From Candidatus Babeliales bacterium (GTDB taxonomy: Bacteria > Babelota > Babeliae > Babelales > RVW-14): DNA of 64,000 nucleotides. The notes beneath the pieces were generated by a model. That model made no database searches and was not told the origin of the DNA. It saw nothing but the letters and a program-made list of their open reading frames with translations. The stretch covers positions 118,718-182,717 of the forward strand of contig JAIERW010000001.1 in the NCBI GenBank assembly GCA_019746485.1, read 5' to 3'. Positions within the stretch are counted from its first letter, which is position 1. Every line of letters starts with the position of its first letter. Below, in pieces: positions 9,899 to 20,333 of the stretch. The translations under genes were made by a program, and so were the position numbers.

Positions 9899-10972
9899 TT
9901 ATAAATCTGAATGCAACAAACCATCTCCACAGACCTTAGCAACTTTTAAGGGCCTGCCAAAAATACTATCTTTCTCCCAAGGACTAAAGGCATTTTGAGG
10001 CGCTGGGCGCAAATATTCAACATCATGCTCGGTAATTATTTCGCCAGCGGCCATATCGCGCTTAAAACGAATGCAACGACGTTGTAAAATAACCGATTCT
10101 TGCTCATTGGCCTCAACACGCTTAATACCATCACCAAGGGCATATTCTAACTCTCTGGTTCTATCAACCATATCTCGCCAGGCTACCGGACTCATTGAAA
10201 ATAAATGGTCAGGACCAATTCGGTTATTATCATCAGTAAAATGCTTTTCAATAACACGAGCCCCCAGCGCTACTGCGCCAAGTACCGTTGCATGACCCGG
10301 CGTGTGGTCTGAAAGTCCTAAAATTATGCCAGGAAAAGCATGCGCATAGGTTTTAATAACGTTAAGATTGATATACTTAAAGTTCTCTAAAGAAGCGGTG
10401 TAGTTAGTATTACACTGCATCAAAACAATTTTTGAATTATGCTTTAAAACTGCCTCAACAGCACGCTCAACTTCTTGCATGCAAGAGGCACCCGTTGCCA
10501 AAAAAACAGGCTTATTTTTTTTTGCGATAGTTTCAATAAACGGTGTCCAGGTAACATCGCCAGACCCAATTTTAAAAGCTGGCGCATATTTGTCCCACAA
10601 ATCTACTGCATCATAATCATAGGGCGCCGTAAAAACAGTTATTTTTGCATCATGCGCAGTTTTCACCAACTCTTCAGTCCATTCTCGGCGACATTCATTT
10701 TCTTGATACGTTTCAAAAACAGTTTTTTTCCACGTAGCTTGGTGGCTGAGCTGACGCCCCAAGCTCTTAAAACCATAATCGCTCACAATACCATCGGCTA
10801 TAAAATGTTGAAATTTTGCAACGTCAGCACCAGCCTCTTTGGCTAAATAAATTAAATCTTTTGCACGAGAGAGGTCTCCATCGTGATTTGCTGCAATATC
10901 TGCTATAAAATAGGTAGGAGCGGTAGCCGAAACTTCGCGTTCATCAACAAAAAATTTATTTTCGTATTTCAT
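9899..10972 (-). CDS. Nonulosonic acid synthase (NeuB/PseI family) with C-terminal SAF domain
   Basis: IADIAANHDGD, FKIGSGD, GLSDHTPG, IEKHFT, GPDH; start moved to ATG 10972. Confidence 0.92.
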   Translation of the reverse strand: MKYENKFFVDEREVSATAPTYFIADIAANHDGDLSRAKDLIYLAKEAGADVAKFQHFIADGIVSDYGFKSLGRQLSHQATWKKTVFETYQENECRREWTEELVKTAHDAKITVFTAPYDYDAVDLWDKYAPAFKIGSGDVTWTPFIETIAKKNKPVFLATGASCMQEVERAVEAVLKHNSKIVLMQCNTNYTASLENFKYINLNVIKTYAHAFPGIILGLSDHTPGHATVLGAVALGARVIEKHFTDDNNRIGPDHLFSMSPVAWRDMVDRTRELEYALGDGIKRVEANEQESVILQRRCIRFKRDMAAGEIITEHDVEYLRPAPQNAFSPWEKDSIFGRPLKVAKVCGDGLLHSDL

Positions 10973-11849
10973 CCATTTTCCTTGTAGCTTGCGCAATTAA
11001 ACTTTTGAGTACCGCATCTTTGGTTGGTAATTGATAACCAAGAATTGCTTCTGCTCGACCAACATCTAAACCAAGGCTTTCGGCGCGAACAACCCCCTGA
11101 TAAGAACTTTTAATAACACTGCCACTATTCGCTTTGGTAAGAGATTTTCCAAGACCGCTTGATAAGCCCAAAATAAAATCTTTTTTACTTGAAACATCCC
11201 TGCAGGCAAGATTAATAACTCCAGAAGTGTTTTTATTTAAAAGATCAAACAATGCTTTTGAAAATTGGGTAACATCAATACTGGAAGTATAAAAATCATC
11301 AAAAAGAACGCATGGCTCGTCATTTTCTATAATCTTAAGCGCCCACTCAACAAAAGTAGGACTGTTTGGTTGCTGACGAAAGCCAACAATATTTGTTCGC
11401 ACAACAAGCGCATTATCATACGTTAGAGCAAGGCATTCTGCTAAATATTTGGTTCTTGCATACTCATTGAGCAAAGATATTTTCCCATTTTCATTGTGCT
11501 TACAATCAGCTCCGCCAGTGTAATAATGATCCGTAGAAATATGAATCAACCGAATAGCATAATTGCGACACATATTTGCCAAAATACCGGCAGGTCGCGT
11601 ATTAACACGGTACGCAAGACCAGGGTCTTGCTCACATACACCCAAATTTACCATTGCTACTGTATTAATTATTGTAGTAGGCTGGTAGTCATGAATCAAT
11701 TTAATAAGCTGCGCATCATTGCAAATATCAAAAAGAACATCGGCCTGCCCCATGTCTGCCATGCCCAAAGCTTCAATATTACGAACTTTTGCTTCTTTCA
11801 TAAGCGCTTGACCCAACATGCCTGTTGAGCCCAAAACTAATAATCGCAT
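10956..11849 (-). CDS. RmlD-like extended SDR (NDP-sugar reductase)
   Basis: LGSTGMLGQAL, IHISTD, YARTKYLAE (YxxxK); GAGG upstream of ATG 11849. Confidence 0.85.
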   Translation of the reverse strand: MRLLVLGSTGMLGQALMKEAKVRNIEALGMADMGQADVLFDICNDAQLIKLIHDYQPTTIINTVAMVNLGVCEQDPGLAYRVNTRPAGILANMCRNYAIRLIHISTDHYYTGGADCKHNENGKISLLNEYARTKYLAECLALTYDNALVVRTNIVGFRQQPNSPTFVEWALKIIENDEPCVLFDDFYTSSIDVTQFSKALFDLLNKNTSGVINLACRDVSSKKDFILGLSSGLGKSLTKANSGSVIKSSYQGVVRAESLGLDVGRAEAILGYQLPTKDAVLKSLIAQATRKMDEIRK

Positions 11850-11859
11850 TGCAACTTCC

Positions 11860-12675
11860 TCAACCAGCCATCTGCATACCACCGGCAGACAGTCTTTTTT
11901 CTATCGTTTTTAAAAAGGCAACATCTTGCTCAAAATCAGCCAGACTGTCTTGATATTTTTTTTCAGTTTCAATGGTCAGCAGGCTATTTGGCCGATATAT
12001 CGAAAAGATTTTACTTATGTCAAAAGTCCCTAAACCAAAATGCCAATGAACATCGTAAATACCCTTTTGATCGCCATCAGTCAAGTGATACATAGCCGGC
12101 TTGAGCGCGTTAAACTGATTAACAAATTCATACGGATCATAGCCCAAGGCATTAGCTGCACAAATAGCATGCCCCGCATCAAGGCAAAAACCAACACCAG
12201 AAAATTCCATAACTGCGGCTATCTGCGCTGGCAAATAGCCAACAGCAGTTTGGCCGTTGCCCAACTCTGGCACTATGTGATAGGGCTTGTTTTCAATTAA
12301 CATACGTTTATCAAAAAATTTCTTAAATTGTTGAGCTGTTTGTTCAATGTCTCCACCAACACCGGGATGAACAACCACAAACGACGCACTCAGTGAATCA
12401 GCCCAGCGTAGCGATTCGCTTAAAATTTTTTGATTACTTTGTTCGCATTCTTTTTTAGATAAATTGAGACCATGCGCAAAATGCGGCGCATGAATAACAA
12501 ACGGAATACCTAATGAAGCCCACAATGAAACATAGCGATCAAACGAGCCAGGAACAGCATAAAGCTCGATGTAAGAATAAAGCCCTTGCTCATAAAATTT
12601 TCTTGCATCGTTAATATAACGCTCATTAGTTGACCATACTTTTAGACCAAATTTATACATGTTCTCATACTCCAC
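11860..12675 (-). CDS. Sugar-phosphate isomerase/epimerase TIM barrel (AP endonuclease 2 superfamily)
   Basis: VIHAPH, VVVHPG, LIENKP, FCLDAGHA, YHLTDGD, DVHWHFG metal-binding motifs. Confidence 0.8.
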   Translation of the reverse strand: MEYENMYKFGLKVWSTNERYINDARKFYEQGLYSYIELYAVPGSFDRYVSLWASLGIPFVIHAPHFAHGLNLSKKECEQSNQKILSESLRWADSLSASFVVVHPGVGGDIEQTAQQFKKFFDKRMLIENKPYHIVPELGNGQTAVGYLPAQIAAVMEFSGVGFCLDAGHAICAANALGYDPYEFVNQFNALKPAMYHLTDGDQKGIYDVHWHFGLGTFDISKIFSIYRPNSLLTIETEKKYQDSLADFEQDVAFLKTIEKRLSAGGMQMAG

Positions 12676-12679
12676 TTAC

Positions 12680-13630
12680 TCAACTAGCCGGACTCAAATA
12701 CTGCTTGTATAACGATGCTTCAAGCGCAACACCCCCAAAAATAGCATAAAGCGCTTCTTGTGAAGCAAAGTAATGAAGAATTTCATCTTCATCAAAATTT
12801 AATTTACTCAGCTTACAGCGCAAGTTTTCGTAGTGGACAGAATCTTGCCAATTTTTTTCAGGGTCGGCAGCAATGCCTAAAAGCTCATGTCCAGCAAAAC
12901 TGTACTGCGCAAGTACTTTCATTTCGTTAGCAAGAGCACCATGAGCAATAAGATAATATTTGGGCGACAAGGTGCGATAAAAAGGGAAGCGCTCAAAGCA
13001 AACTTTGAACCAGTTAAGACAGTAGCTAACCGTAACAAATTCAACAGTAACCGCTTTCATTGTGTCTGCAAAGTGGCTAACCATCATATCTTGAAGTGTC
13101 CAAATCAAATCTTCATTAAGAATAAAAATGTACAACTTTGTGCAACTATAACCGTTATCTTGAAACAGCTTAAAACTGCGCAGCCCCAACAACGCTGCCT
13201 GCTCAGAATGCGCAAACATCAGCGCATCGCCTTCTCCTCTTTGTTCGGGCAGCATGACATGTCGCTTCCCAAAAACATAATCTAAAAAGGCTCGTGCTTT
13301 TTCAAGCGAAGCAAAGCGGTATCTGAGCGGCTTGCCTGTTTCATAGTCAAAAATGAGCGAATGAAAATAGGGCTTTATGGCATTATGAACATCAAGAATT
13401 TTGTAAGAGTCCGGCTTGATATCCAAAAGATTGAGAGCTTCTTGCAAAAAAAGACCTGCATTTCCCTGCTGGTCAAATAATGAAAGCTCAATTTTTGGTT
13501 TTTTTGCTGTTAGTTTTTGTAAATCAAAACGGCCAAAGACGCGAGTAGATCCAAGCGTGGGGTTTGCTGCGCAGAAACTGGTGTATAAGAGAAGTACGAT
13601 TCTCAAAAATATAAACTTTTTTATTTTCAT
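12680..13630 (-). CDS. Hypothetical protein with predicted signal peptide
   Basis: 316-aa ORF; MKIKKFIFLRIVLLLYTSFCAA N-terminus; no motif recognised. Confidence 0.7.
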   Translation of the reverse strand: MKIKKFIFLRIVLLLYTSFCAANPTLGSTRVFGRFDLQKLTAKKPKIELSLFDQQGNAGLFLQEALNLLDIKPDSYKILDVHNAIKPYFHSLIFDYETGKPLRYRFASLEKARAFLDYVFGKRHVMLPEQRGEGDALMFAHSEQAALLGLRSFKLFQDNGYSCTKLYIFILNEDLIWTLQDMMVSHFADTMKAVTVEFVTVSYCLNWFKVCFERFPFYRTLSPKYYLIAHGALANEMKVLAQYSFAGHELLGIAADPEKNWQDSVHYENLRCKLSKLNFDEDEILHYFASQEALYAIFGGVALEASLYKQYLSPAS

Positions 13631-13696
13631 AATTTTTCTTAATTTTTTATCTTCTTACAATCTCGGACTTTTCTTATTCTAGTTAAGCCCGCTGCA

Positions 13697-13908
13697 CCCT
13701 TCGAGACGCTCTTCGTAAACTCAGAGCTCCTCAGGGAGAACGGGGATGGGTAACATTTTTTCAAATTTCAGAGACACTTCACAACACTCACTCCGTTCTC
13801 CCTGAGGAACAACTCGCAGAGTTGTGTCTCGAAGGGCCTCTTCAGGCCCGCACCTTCTCCCTCCCGATCGCCCTGAGGAGTACTGCGTAAGCAGTGCGTC
13901 TCGAAGGG
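13697..13908. repeat. Cluster of three palindromic REP-like elements (13697-13745 +, 13793-13836 -, 13864-13908 -)
   Basis: Consensus CCCTTCGAGAC-[variable hairpin]-TCCTCAGGG(A/C)GAACGG; inner stems gctct/agagc, acaactc/gagttgt, actgc/gcagt. Confidence 0.9.
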
Positions 13909-13945
13909 CACGAGTGTTTTTCCGCAGGAAAAATGTATCGAGGGA

Positions 13946-14938
13946 TCACAAAGAATCAATCATCGTACGCATTTGATCAACCGTAAGCCACTCGTTATTA
14001 TTCCCACTGTGATACTCAAAATCTGGCGCCACCGGCCGAGCATATTTGTGCAACACACTTGTTGCGCCCAGTATTTTATATTCAGGCTCTATCACATAAT
14101 AATTATCATATTCGTACGTATGACGCGCATCTTCGCTGGTAATCATCATTTCATGAATTTTCTCGCCAGGCCTAATGCCAACATTGCGCAATGAAATTGC
14201 TGGCGCAATTGCTTGAACCAAGTCAGTCACACGCATTGAAGGAATTTTTTTTACAAAAAGCTCGCCGCCTTCCATAATTTCAAACGCTTGCAAAACCATT
14301 TCTACTGCATCTTCAAGCTTAAGCCAAAAGCGCGTCATGCGCGTGTCGGTAATAGGAAGCTCATCGGCACCAGCTTTAATTAAATGTTGAAAGTAGGGAA
14401 TAACTGAACCACGACTGCCTGCAACATTGCCATAGCGCACTACAGCAAAGCGCGTATCATGCCCACCGCTGTAAACATTGCCAGCAATAAAAAGTTTATC
14501 TGAGCACAATTTGGTGGCACCGTACAAGTTTATGGGCGCACAGGCTTTGTCAGTACTCAACGCAATAACTTTTTTAACTTTGCAATCAATAGCTGCATCA
14601 ATAACATTTTGAGCGCCAAGAATATTGGTCTTTACTGCCTCAAATGGATTGTATTCGCATGACGGAACTTGTTTGAGTGCTGCAGCATGAACAACAACAT
14701 CAATACCATCAAACGCACGATATAAACGATCTTTGTCACGCACATCGCCAATAAAAAAACGCAGCTTTTTGTTGCCACGAAATTCAGGCTTATTAGACAT
14801 AATAAACTGTTTGTATTCATCACGAGAAAGAACAACAATGCGCTCTAGATTTGGGTACCGCTGAAGCACCATTTCAATAAATGCGTTACCAAAAGACCCT
14901 GTTCCGCCTGTTACCAACAATGAACGTGCCGTTTTCAT
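13946..14938 (-). CDS. pseB: UDP-N-acetylglucosamine 4,6-dehydratase (inverting)
   Basis: LVTGGTGSFG, HAAALKQVP, ALSTDKA, NLYGATKL, VRYGNVAGSRGSVIP, MTRFW, GIRPGEKIHE. Confidence 0.93.
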   Translation of the reverse strand: MKTARSLLVTGGTGSFGNAFIEMVLQRYPNLERIVVLSRDEYKQFIMSNKPEFRGNKKLRFFIGDVRDKDRLYRAFDGIDVVVHAAALKQVPSCEYNPFEAVKTNILGAQNVIDAAIDCKVKKVIALSTDKACAPINLYGATKLCSDKLFIAGNVYSGGHDTRFAVVRYGNVAGSRGSVIPYFQHLIKAGADELPITDTRMTRFWLKLEDAVEMVLQAFEIMEGGELFVKKIPSMRVTDLVQAIAPAISLRNVGIRPGEKIHEMMITSEDARHTYEYDNYYVIEPEYKILGATSVLHKYARPVAPDFEYHSGNNNEWLTVDQMRTMIDSL

Positions 14939-14970
14939 AACTTCCCTTCTCTCTTTTTTTTCATTCCTAT

Positions 14971-16053
14971 TTACATGCACTTTTCAGCGTGTGAGACAAT
15001 GTTATGCACTAATGCTACAGGGTTTTTATATGCAGCATATGATGCAACAAGCCCTTCTTGAAGACTCACACGTGCCTGCCAACCAAGCGTATTGATGCGC
15101 GCAACGTCAAGCAGCTTGCGCGGCGTACCATCAGGTTTGCTGCTGTCCCAATGAATAGCACCTTTAAAACCTACAACTTTTTTTACCAACTGTGCCAACT
15201 CACTAATTTGTATATCGATGCCCGCCCCAATATTTAACAACTCGCCAACATCTTTATACGAATGATTCTGCATTAAAAAAACCAGCGCTTGCGCTAAATC
15301 GTCTACATACAAAAATTCACGATACGGCATGCCACTGCCCCACAACGTTACACAATCTTTAGTAACGCCAAGCTGGCCAAGCAAATCTACCCATGTTGCC
15401 GCTTGCACTTCAAAACCAACCGGGTACATGAGCAGGTCGCGCTCAACCTCTGCCATTTTACCCGCGCTCAATAACTTGGCAAGATGAAACTTACGAATGA
15501 GAGCCGGCACCACGTGCGATGTTTCAAGATTAAAATTGTCGCCCGGTCCGTACAAGTTGGTGGGCATGACCGAAAAAAAATCGGCGCCATACTGCTCGTG
15601 ATAATAACGGCACAATTTTATGGCCGCAATTTTGGCAATAGCATACGGCTCATTGGTTGGCTCCAGCGGGCCAGATAACAAATATTCTTCTTTGAGTGGC
15701 TGCGGTGCGTATTTTGGATAAATGCACGAAGAGCCAAGATTGATTAATTTTTTAACACCAGAGCGATGAGCCGCATGAATTACGTTGGTAGCAATCGTCA
15801 GATTATCGTACAAAAATTCTGCTTTGTAGTTTTGGTTAGCAAGAATGCCACCCACTTTTGCTGCTGCTAAAAAAACATACTCAGGCTGTTCTTGCTCAAA
15901 AAAAAGCTCTACCGCACTTTGACAGCGCAAATCAAGCTCATAAACTGCACGCGTGACAATGTTATGATAGCCCTTGCTCTGCAACGTTTTAATCAGCGCA
16001 GAACCAACAAGCCCGGCATGCCCGGCAACATAAATTTTTGAGGAGTGCTGCAT
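14971..16053 (-). CDS. fcl: GDP-L-fucose synthase
   Basis: YVAGHAGLVGSA, AAAKVGGILAN, LGSSCIYP, YAIAKIAA, MPTNLYGP, KPDGTPRK. Confidence 0.95.
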   Translation of the reverse strand: MQHSSKIYVAGHAGLVGSALIKTLQSKGYHNIVTRAVYELDLRCQSAVELFFEQEQPEYVFLAAAKVGGILANQNYKAEFLYDNLTIATNVIHAAHRSGVKKLINLGSSCIYPKYAPQPLKEEYLLSGPLEPTNEPYAIAKIAAIKLCRYYHEQYGADFFSVMPTNLYGPGDNFNLETSHVVPALIRKFHLAKLLSAGKMAEVERDLLMYPVGFEVQAATWVDLLGQLGVTKDCVTLWGSGMPYREFLYVDDLAQALVFLMQNHSYKDVGELLNIGAGIDIQISELAQLVKKVVGFKGAIHWDSSKPDGTPRKLLDVARINTLGWQARVSLQEGLVASYAAYKNPVALVHNIVSHAEKCM

Positions 16054-16059
16054 AAGTAC

Positions 16060-17208
16060 CTATCCAACGGTATGTTGTTGAAATGAAACACTGTGCGTTG
16101 TGTACGCAAAATCTTTTTGTTTGCAAGCAAAAATACCCGCACCCACAGGAGTAAGGTCAGCAAATTTTAAATCATAGTCAACCATAATGTTAACCAACTC
16201 ATCAAACGAAACACGCGGCTGCCAACCTAAATTTTTTTGCGCTTTGCTAATGTCCGCTTGTAAAAAATCTACCTCGCACGGCCTAAAATAACGCGGGTCA
16301 AGGTGAATAACGGCATCGCCGGTTTTAAAAAAGCGCGCCCAGGCACTGGTACAACTTTTAATTAAACCCTTTTGCATCACGCCCTCGCCCCGCCACTCAA
16401 GCTCTAGACCAGCGTACGTAAAAGCCTTTTCAACAAATTCTTTAACAGAATGACTGGTGCCGGTGCCCACCACATAATCGTCTGGCTTGCCGTCTTGCAG
16501 CATTAACCACATCATTTCAACATATTCTGGCGCAAAGCCCCAATCACGTTTTGCATCAAGGTTGCCCAAATACAAAACATGCTGCTTGCCCGCAAGCATG
16601 TTGGCCACCGCTCTGGTAATTTTGCGCGTTACAAACGTTTCACCACGGCGCGGACTTTCGTGATTAAATAAAATACCGTTGCAAGCAAACATGTTGTACG
16701 AAGCACGATAATTAACGGTCATCCAATAACTATAAACTTTTGCCGCCGCATAAGGACTTTGTGGCGCAAACTGCGTTGCTTCGTGCTGGGGCGGGCAGGC
16801 TGAGCCAAACATTTCTGATGATGATGCCTGATAAAAACGAGCGGTACTGCCACTGCGACGCAACGCTTCCAGCAAGCGCGTGGTACCAAGGCCGGTCACA
16901 TTACCGGTGTATTCGGGCATATCAAATGAAACTTTAACATGCGACTGAGCACCCAAATTATATACTTCGTCAGGCTGAATTGAATAAATAAGTTGCGTAA
17001 GCACGCCTGCATCGCTTAAATCGCCATAATGCAAAAAAAGACGTGGTTGCGCTTCGTGCGGATCTTGGTAAATATGATCGATACGTTGTGTGTTAAAACT
17101 TGAAGCGCGGCGAATAATGCCATGAACGTGGTACCCTTTTGAAAGTAAAAACTCGGCCAGGTACGAACCGTCTTGACCGGTAATACCGGTAATCAATGCT
17201 TTTTTCAT
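16060..17208 (-). CDS. gmd: GDP-mannose 4,6-dehydratase
   Basis: [46 protein letters not shown]; AAGGAGAGG RBS before ATG 17208. Confidence 0.96.
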   Translation of the reverse strand: MKKALITGITGQDGSYLAEFLLSKGYHVHGIIRRASSFNTQRIDHIYQDPHEAQPRLFLHYGDLSDAGVLTQLIYSIQPDEVYNLGAQSHVKVSFDMPEYTGNVTGLGTTRLLEALRRSGSTARFYQASSSEMFGSACPPQHEATQFAPQSPYAAAKVYSYWMTVNYRASYNMFACNGILFNHESPRRGETFVTRKITRAVANMLAGKQHVLYLGNLDAKRDWGFAPEYVEMMWLMLQDGKPDDYVVGTGTSHSVKEFVEKAFTYAGLELEWRGEGVMQKGLIKSCTSAWARFFKTGDAVIHLDPRYFRPCEVDFLQADISKAQKNLGWQPRVSFDELVNIMVDYDLKFADLTPVGAGIFACKQKDFAYTTHSVSFQQHTVG

Positions 17209-17396
17209 GAGCCTCTCCTTGCAGATGCATGGTTTTTGGTTGTTTCGAATGTAGCGCAATCGCACTGCGTTGTCCATGAGGCGCAGATTCAAAAAAATCT
17301 CATTTTTTTGAATGTCTTGAATTTTACTGGCTCCTTCAAGTATTTTTTTTAAATGAGTCTCATTTTTTTTAAAAATATCTTGAGAAGGAAATAGCC

Positions 17397-18383
17397 ATGA
17401 AGCGTCACCGTGTCTTTTTTTTGTTTTTTTTATCTGTTGCTGCAAACTTGCAGGGCATGGGAAGGCATCAATCTGGTAGCACAATGCCTTCACCAGTTGC
17501 CCCAACGCCACCACCAAGGCGTTCTTCGCAACTACCAACTATGCCACCCACGCCACCAACCTCTATGCAGCCAACATCACCGGTACGCCCTGGCCAACCA
17601 ATGAGCCCACCTCAATCTCCAGCAAAATTCAGCACACCCCTCCAACAACACCAAACATCTCCATCCCAAACAACACCAACGTCTTACCAAGCACCACACT
17701 ATAAATTTCCCACCTGGAAAAACCCTATCGCGCTCTGGCAAGAACGAAGAGCAACTTCGTACATGGAAAAACAAGCTATAGACCCTAAATTTTCGACAGA
17801 GATGGCAAAACTCAAAGACGCACCCGCAACAGTACAAAAAAAAGGTCTTGAAACTTTACAAGCAATTGAAAAAAATAACGCTAAATTAGAAAAAATTAAA
17901 ACCGCTGAAGCTGCTTTACGTCCAATACAAGATCACCCACATTTTCAGCAATACCTTGAAAGACGTAATGATCGTATAACCAAATTCATCAACTATGTTG
18001 ATGGTATAACTGATCGTTCTATTCCAAAAGATGAGCAGCTTTCATATAAAGAACGAAATAAAACTTTACTTGATTTTGCAAGCGATAAAGAAATTGCCAT
18101 AATGAGAAAATATAAAGACAACAATTTTTCCAGTAGCGGATTTAACCGAGAAGAACGCTTTAAAATAGACAATTTAATCAAAAATTCTATCGACAAAGGC
18201 ATTGTTTCTAAAGAATTGCAAAAAGAACAAATGAAATTTTCACGCATCAATCAACAAAAAAAATTAGCGGAATTTGAAGCACAAAAATTGCAAAATCAAC
18301 ACAAGCAACTCTTTGGACAACCCAAAGAACAACAAAGAAAAATAGATGAAGGACAAACACAGCGGCAGAGCAACCAGCAATAG
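17397..18383 (+). CDS. Secreted orphan protein: Pro/Ser/Thr/Gln-rich N-region plus Lys/Gln/Glu-rich coiled coil
   Basis: Signal-like [28 protein letters not shown], low-complexity PTPPP/PTSP tract. Confidence 0.75.
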   Translation: MKRHRVFFLFFLSVAANLQGMGRHQSGSTMPSPVAPTPPPRRSSQLPTMPPTPPTSMQPTSPVRPGQPMSPPQSPAKFSTPLQQHQTSPSQTTPTSYQAPHYKFPTWKNPIALWQERRATSYMEKQAIDPKFSTEMAKLKDAPATVQKKGLETLQAIEKNNAKLEKIKTAEAALRPIQDHPHFQQYLERRNDRITKFINYVDGITDRSIPKDEQLSYKERNKTLLDFASDKEIAIMRKYKDNNFSSSGFNREERFKIDNLIKNSIDKGIVSKELQKEQMKFSRINQQKKLAEFEAQKLQNQHKQLFGQPKEQQRKIDEGQTQRQSNQQ

Positions 18384-18459
18384 ATCGCGCAAAGGCAGAA
18401 ATAGCAACAGCTGCTTCTGTACCCAGACAGCACCAACACAACCGTAACTTTAAATAACT

Positions 18460-20211
18460 TTATGCAGATACAACGGGCGGCTGTAAAAAGTCGCCCGTAA
18501 TTATTTGGCCACGCACCTGCGTCACACACCCACCATCAACTTTATACACCACATCGCAGCGCTCAATCGTGGACAAACGATGCGCAATAATAATTAATGT
18601 CTTGTTGCGATCAACCTGATAAATCTCGTCCATAATGTGCTCTTCAGTTTCGTTGTCCAACGACGATGTTGCTTCATCAAGAACCAGAACTTCTGGGTTG
18701 GCATACAGCGCGCGCGCAATGGCAATCCGTTGCTTTTGCCCACCACTCACATTAATACCACCCTCGCCAAGGCGCGTGTAAATACCATCTTTGCTCATTA
18801 AAAAGTCGTACATCCGAGCTTTTTTGAGCGCATCAATAATCATCGCTTCGTCAAACACGCGCCCGCACACCACATTTTCAGCCACCGTACCATGAAACAA
18901 ATAAACATCTTGCGGAATATAACCAATTTTACGTCGCCAGCATTTTAAATTTTCTTGCGTCAGCTGCACATTGTCAACATAAACGCCACCTTCTTGCGGC
19001 ACAAACAGGCCCATAATAATGTCGGCAATGGTGCTCTTGCCTGCACCACTTTCGCCAACCAAACCAACGCGCAAGCCTTTGTTTAAAACCAAGTTAACAT
19101 TGTTCAAGATATGCGCTTTGGCATCGTAAGCAAAAGAAACATCTCTGAAAGAAATTGAACAATTAAAAGCAATTTCTTTATTACCTAACTGCTCATAATC
19201 ATGCTGCAAAAAATCATATACCGGCTCCAAAACATGCTTATTAAACATCAGTTGGTTGTAGCCAGTTACCAGTTTATTAATTGACGGTAAAAAGCGATAA
19301 AACGCAAGCGCGTACATTGAAACCATGGGAATAACAAATTGCGCATCGTTGTAGCAATACACAACGTACATAATAGCGCCCACCAATAATGAAAATCCTA
19401 TTGTTTCCAAAATAAACCGCGGCAAAGCCTGCCACACGGCATTAACCGTATTGGCCCGCGCAAGGCCCAGTGTAGCAAACGAAAAACGACCTTGAATCAG
19501 TTTATTATTCGAAATAAGCTTCAGAAATTTAAAATTACAAAAAGAAGCAGTATAAGCAACTGCCATTTGTTCTGAATATTTTTTACTTTCAAGCCCAGCT
19601 TGGGTAATTTTGTGAGTAAATGCTTTGAGAACGATAATAACTTTTGCAACAAGCACAACACTCAAAACCAGCGTCATCTTCCAATTAACGTAAAACAACA
19701 TACTGTAGATACAAATTACCGTAAAAATTTCTGCAAACATCATCAACAACGTAGAAATTATCTGCGTCACATTTGACGAATATGCCAAAATAACCTGACT
19801 CATTGATGTTGAGGTTTTTTGCACAAAGTCACGATACGTAAACTGTAGATAACGCTCAAACAAGCGGCTAGCAAAGTAATGCTGACGCATATGAGAAAAT
19901 TTGTTGGTGTAATAAATATGGATTACATTGAGTATCGCGCGCACCAGATAAAAAACCAATAAACCAAAGCCTAAAAATAGCACCAACTCGCTGGGCCGTG
20001 AAAAACCAAAGAGTGCAGAAAACTTACCCAAAAAGCGACCAGTTAATGCCGAATTAAAATTGGTGGCAATGGAGATAAAAACCATAATTGCTGAAAGGCT
20101 CAGCGTTTCAACAATCGAGATAACAACTGAAGAAAGTAACAAAACAATAATAACTTTTTTATCACGTCGCGTAAAAAGCTTGCGTAAAACGCTAAACAAA
20201 GAAACATTCAT
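18460..20211 (-). CDS. ABC transporter, fused permease and ATPase (PglK/Wzk-like glycan flippase)
   Basis: N-terminal TM segments; GESGAGKST, VSGGQKQRIAIARAL, LVLDEATS, IAHRLST; glycan-cluster context. Confidence 0.88.
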   Translation of the reverse strand: MNVSLFSVLRKLFTRRDKKVIIVLLLSSVVISIVETLSLSAIMVFISIATNFNSALTGRFLGKFSALFGFSRPSELVLFLGFGLLVFYLVRAILNVIHIYYTNKFSHMRQHYFASRLFERYLQFTYRDFVQKTSTSMSQVILAYSSNVTQIISTLLMMFAEIFTVICIYSMLFYVNWKMTLVLSVVLVAKVIIVLKAFTHKITQAGLESKKYSEQMAVAYTASFCNFKFLKLISNNKLIQGRFSFATLGLARANTVNAVWQALPRFILETIGFSLLVGAIMYVVYCYNDAQFVIPMVSMYALAFYRFLPSINKLVTGYNQLMFNKHVLEPVYDFLQHDYEQLGNKEIAFNCSISFRDVSFAYDAKAHILNNVNLVLNKGLRVGLVGESGAGKSTIADIIMGLFVPQEGGVYVDNVQLTQENLKCWRRKIGYIPQDVYLFHGTVAENVVCGRVFDEAMIIDALKKARMYDFLMSKDGIYTRLGEGGINVSGGQKQRIAIARALYANPEVLVLDEATSSLDNETEEHIMDEIYQVDRNKTLIIIAHRLSTIERCDVVYKVDGGCVTQVRGQIITGDFLQPPVVSA

Positions 20212-20333
20212 AGCAACTCTCCCACTCCTTTTCAAAAAGGACAAATTCGTTATGCTGTTTTTTAAATAACCCCTCAAGAGAAAGATGATAGAATGGAGCA
20301 TATCGCGTTCACGAAAAAAAGAAAGGCAGCCTC

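Noticed and set aside
13697-13908. Repeat cluster as a CRISPR array or integron attC sites
   Set aside because: Mixed orientation, variable repeat interiors, no regular spacers, no cas or integrase gene, no GTTRRRY cores recognised
13768-13959. 63-aa ORF (LRSTPQGDR...PFETQLCELFLRENG)
   Set aside because: It is a translation of the palindromic repeats; no RBS or independent coding evidence
15340-15480. About 40-aa insertion in GDP-fucose synthase
   Set aside because: Similar insertions are known in other bacterial Fcl proteins and no repeat sequence is present
17209-17538. Long N-terminal extension of gmd in the ORF track (likewise glmM, tlyA, the flippase and several GTs)
   Set aside because: Artefacts of choosing the most upstream start; family N-termini and RBS positions support the shorter starts
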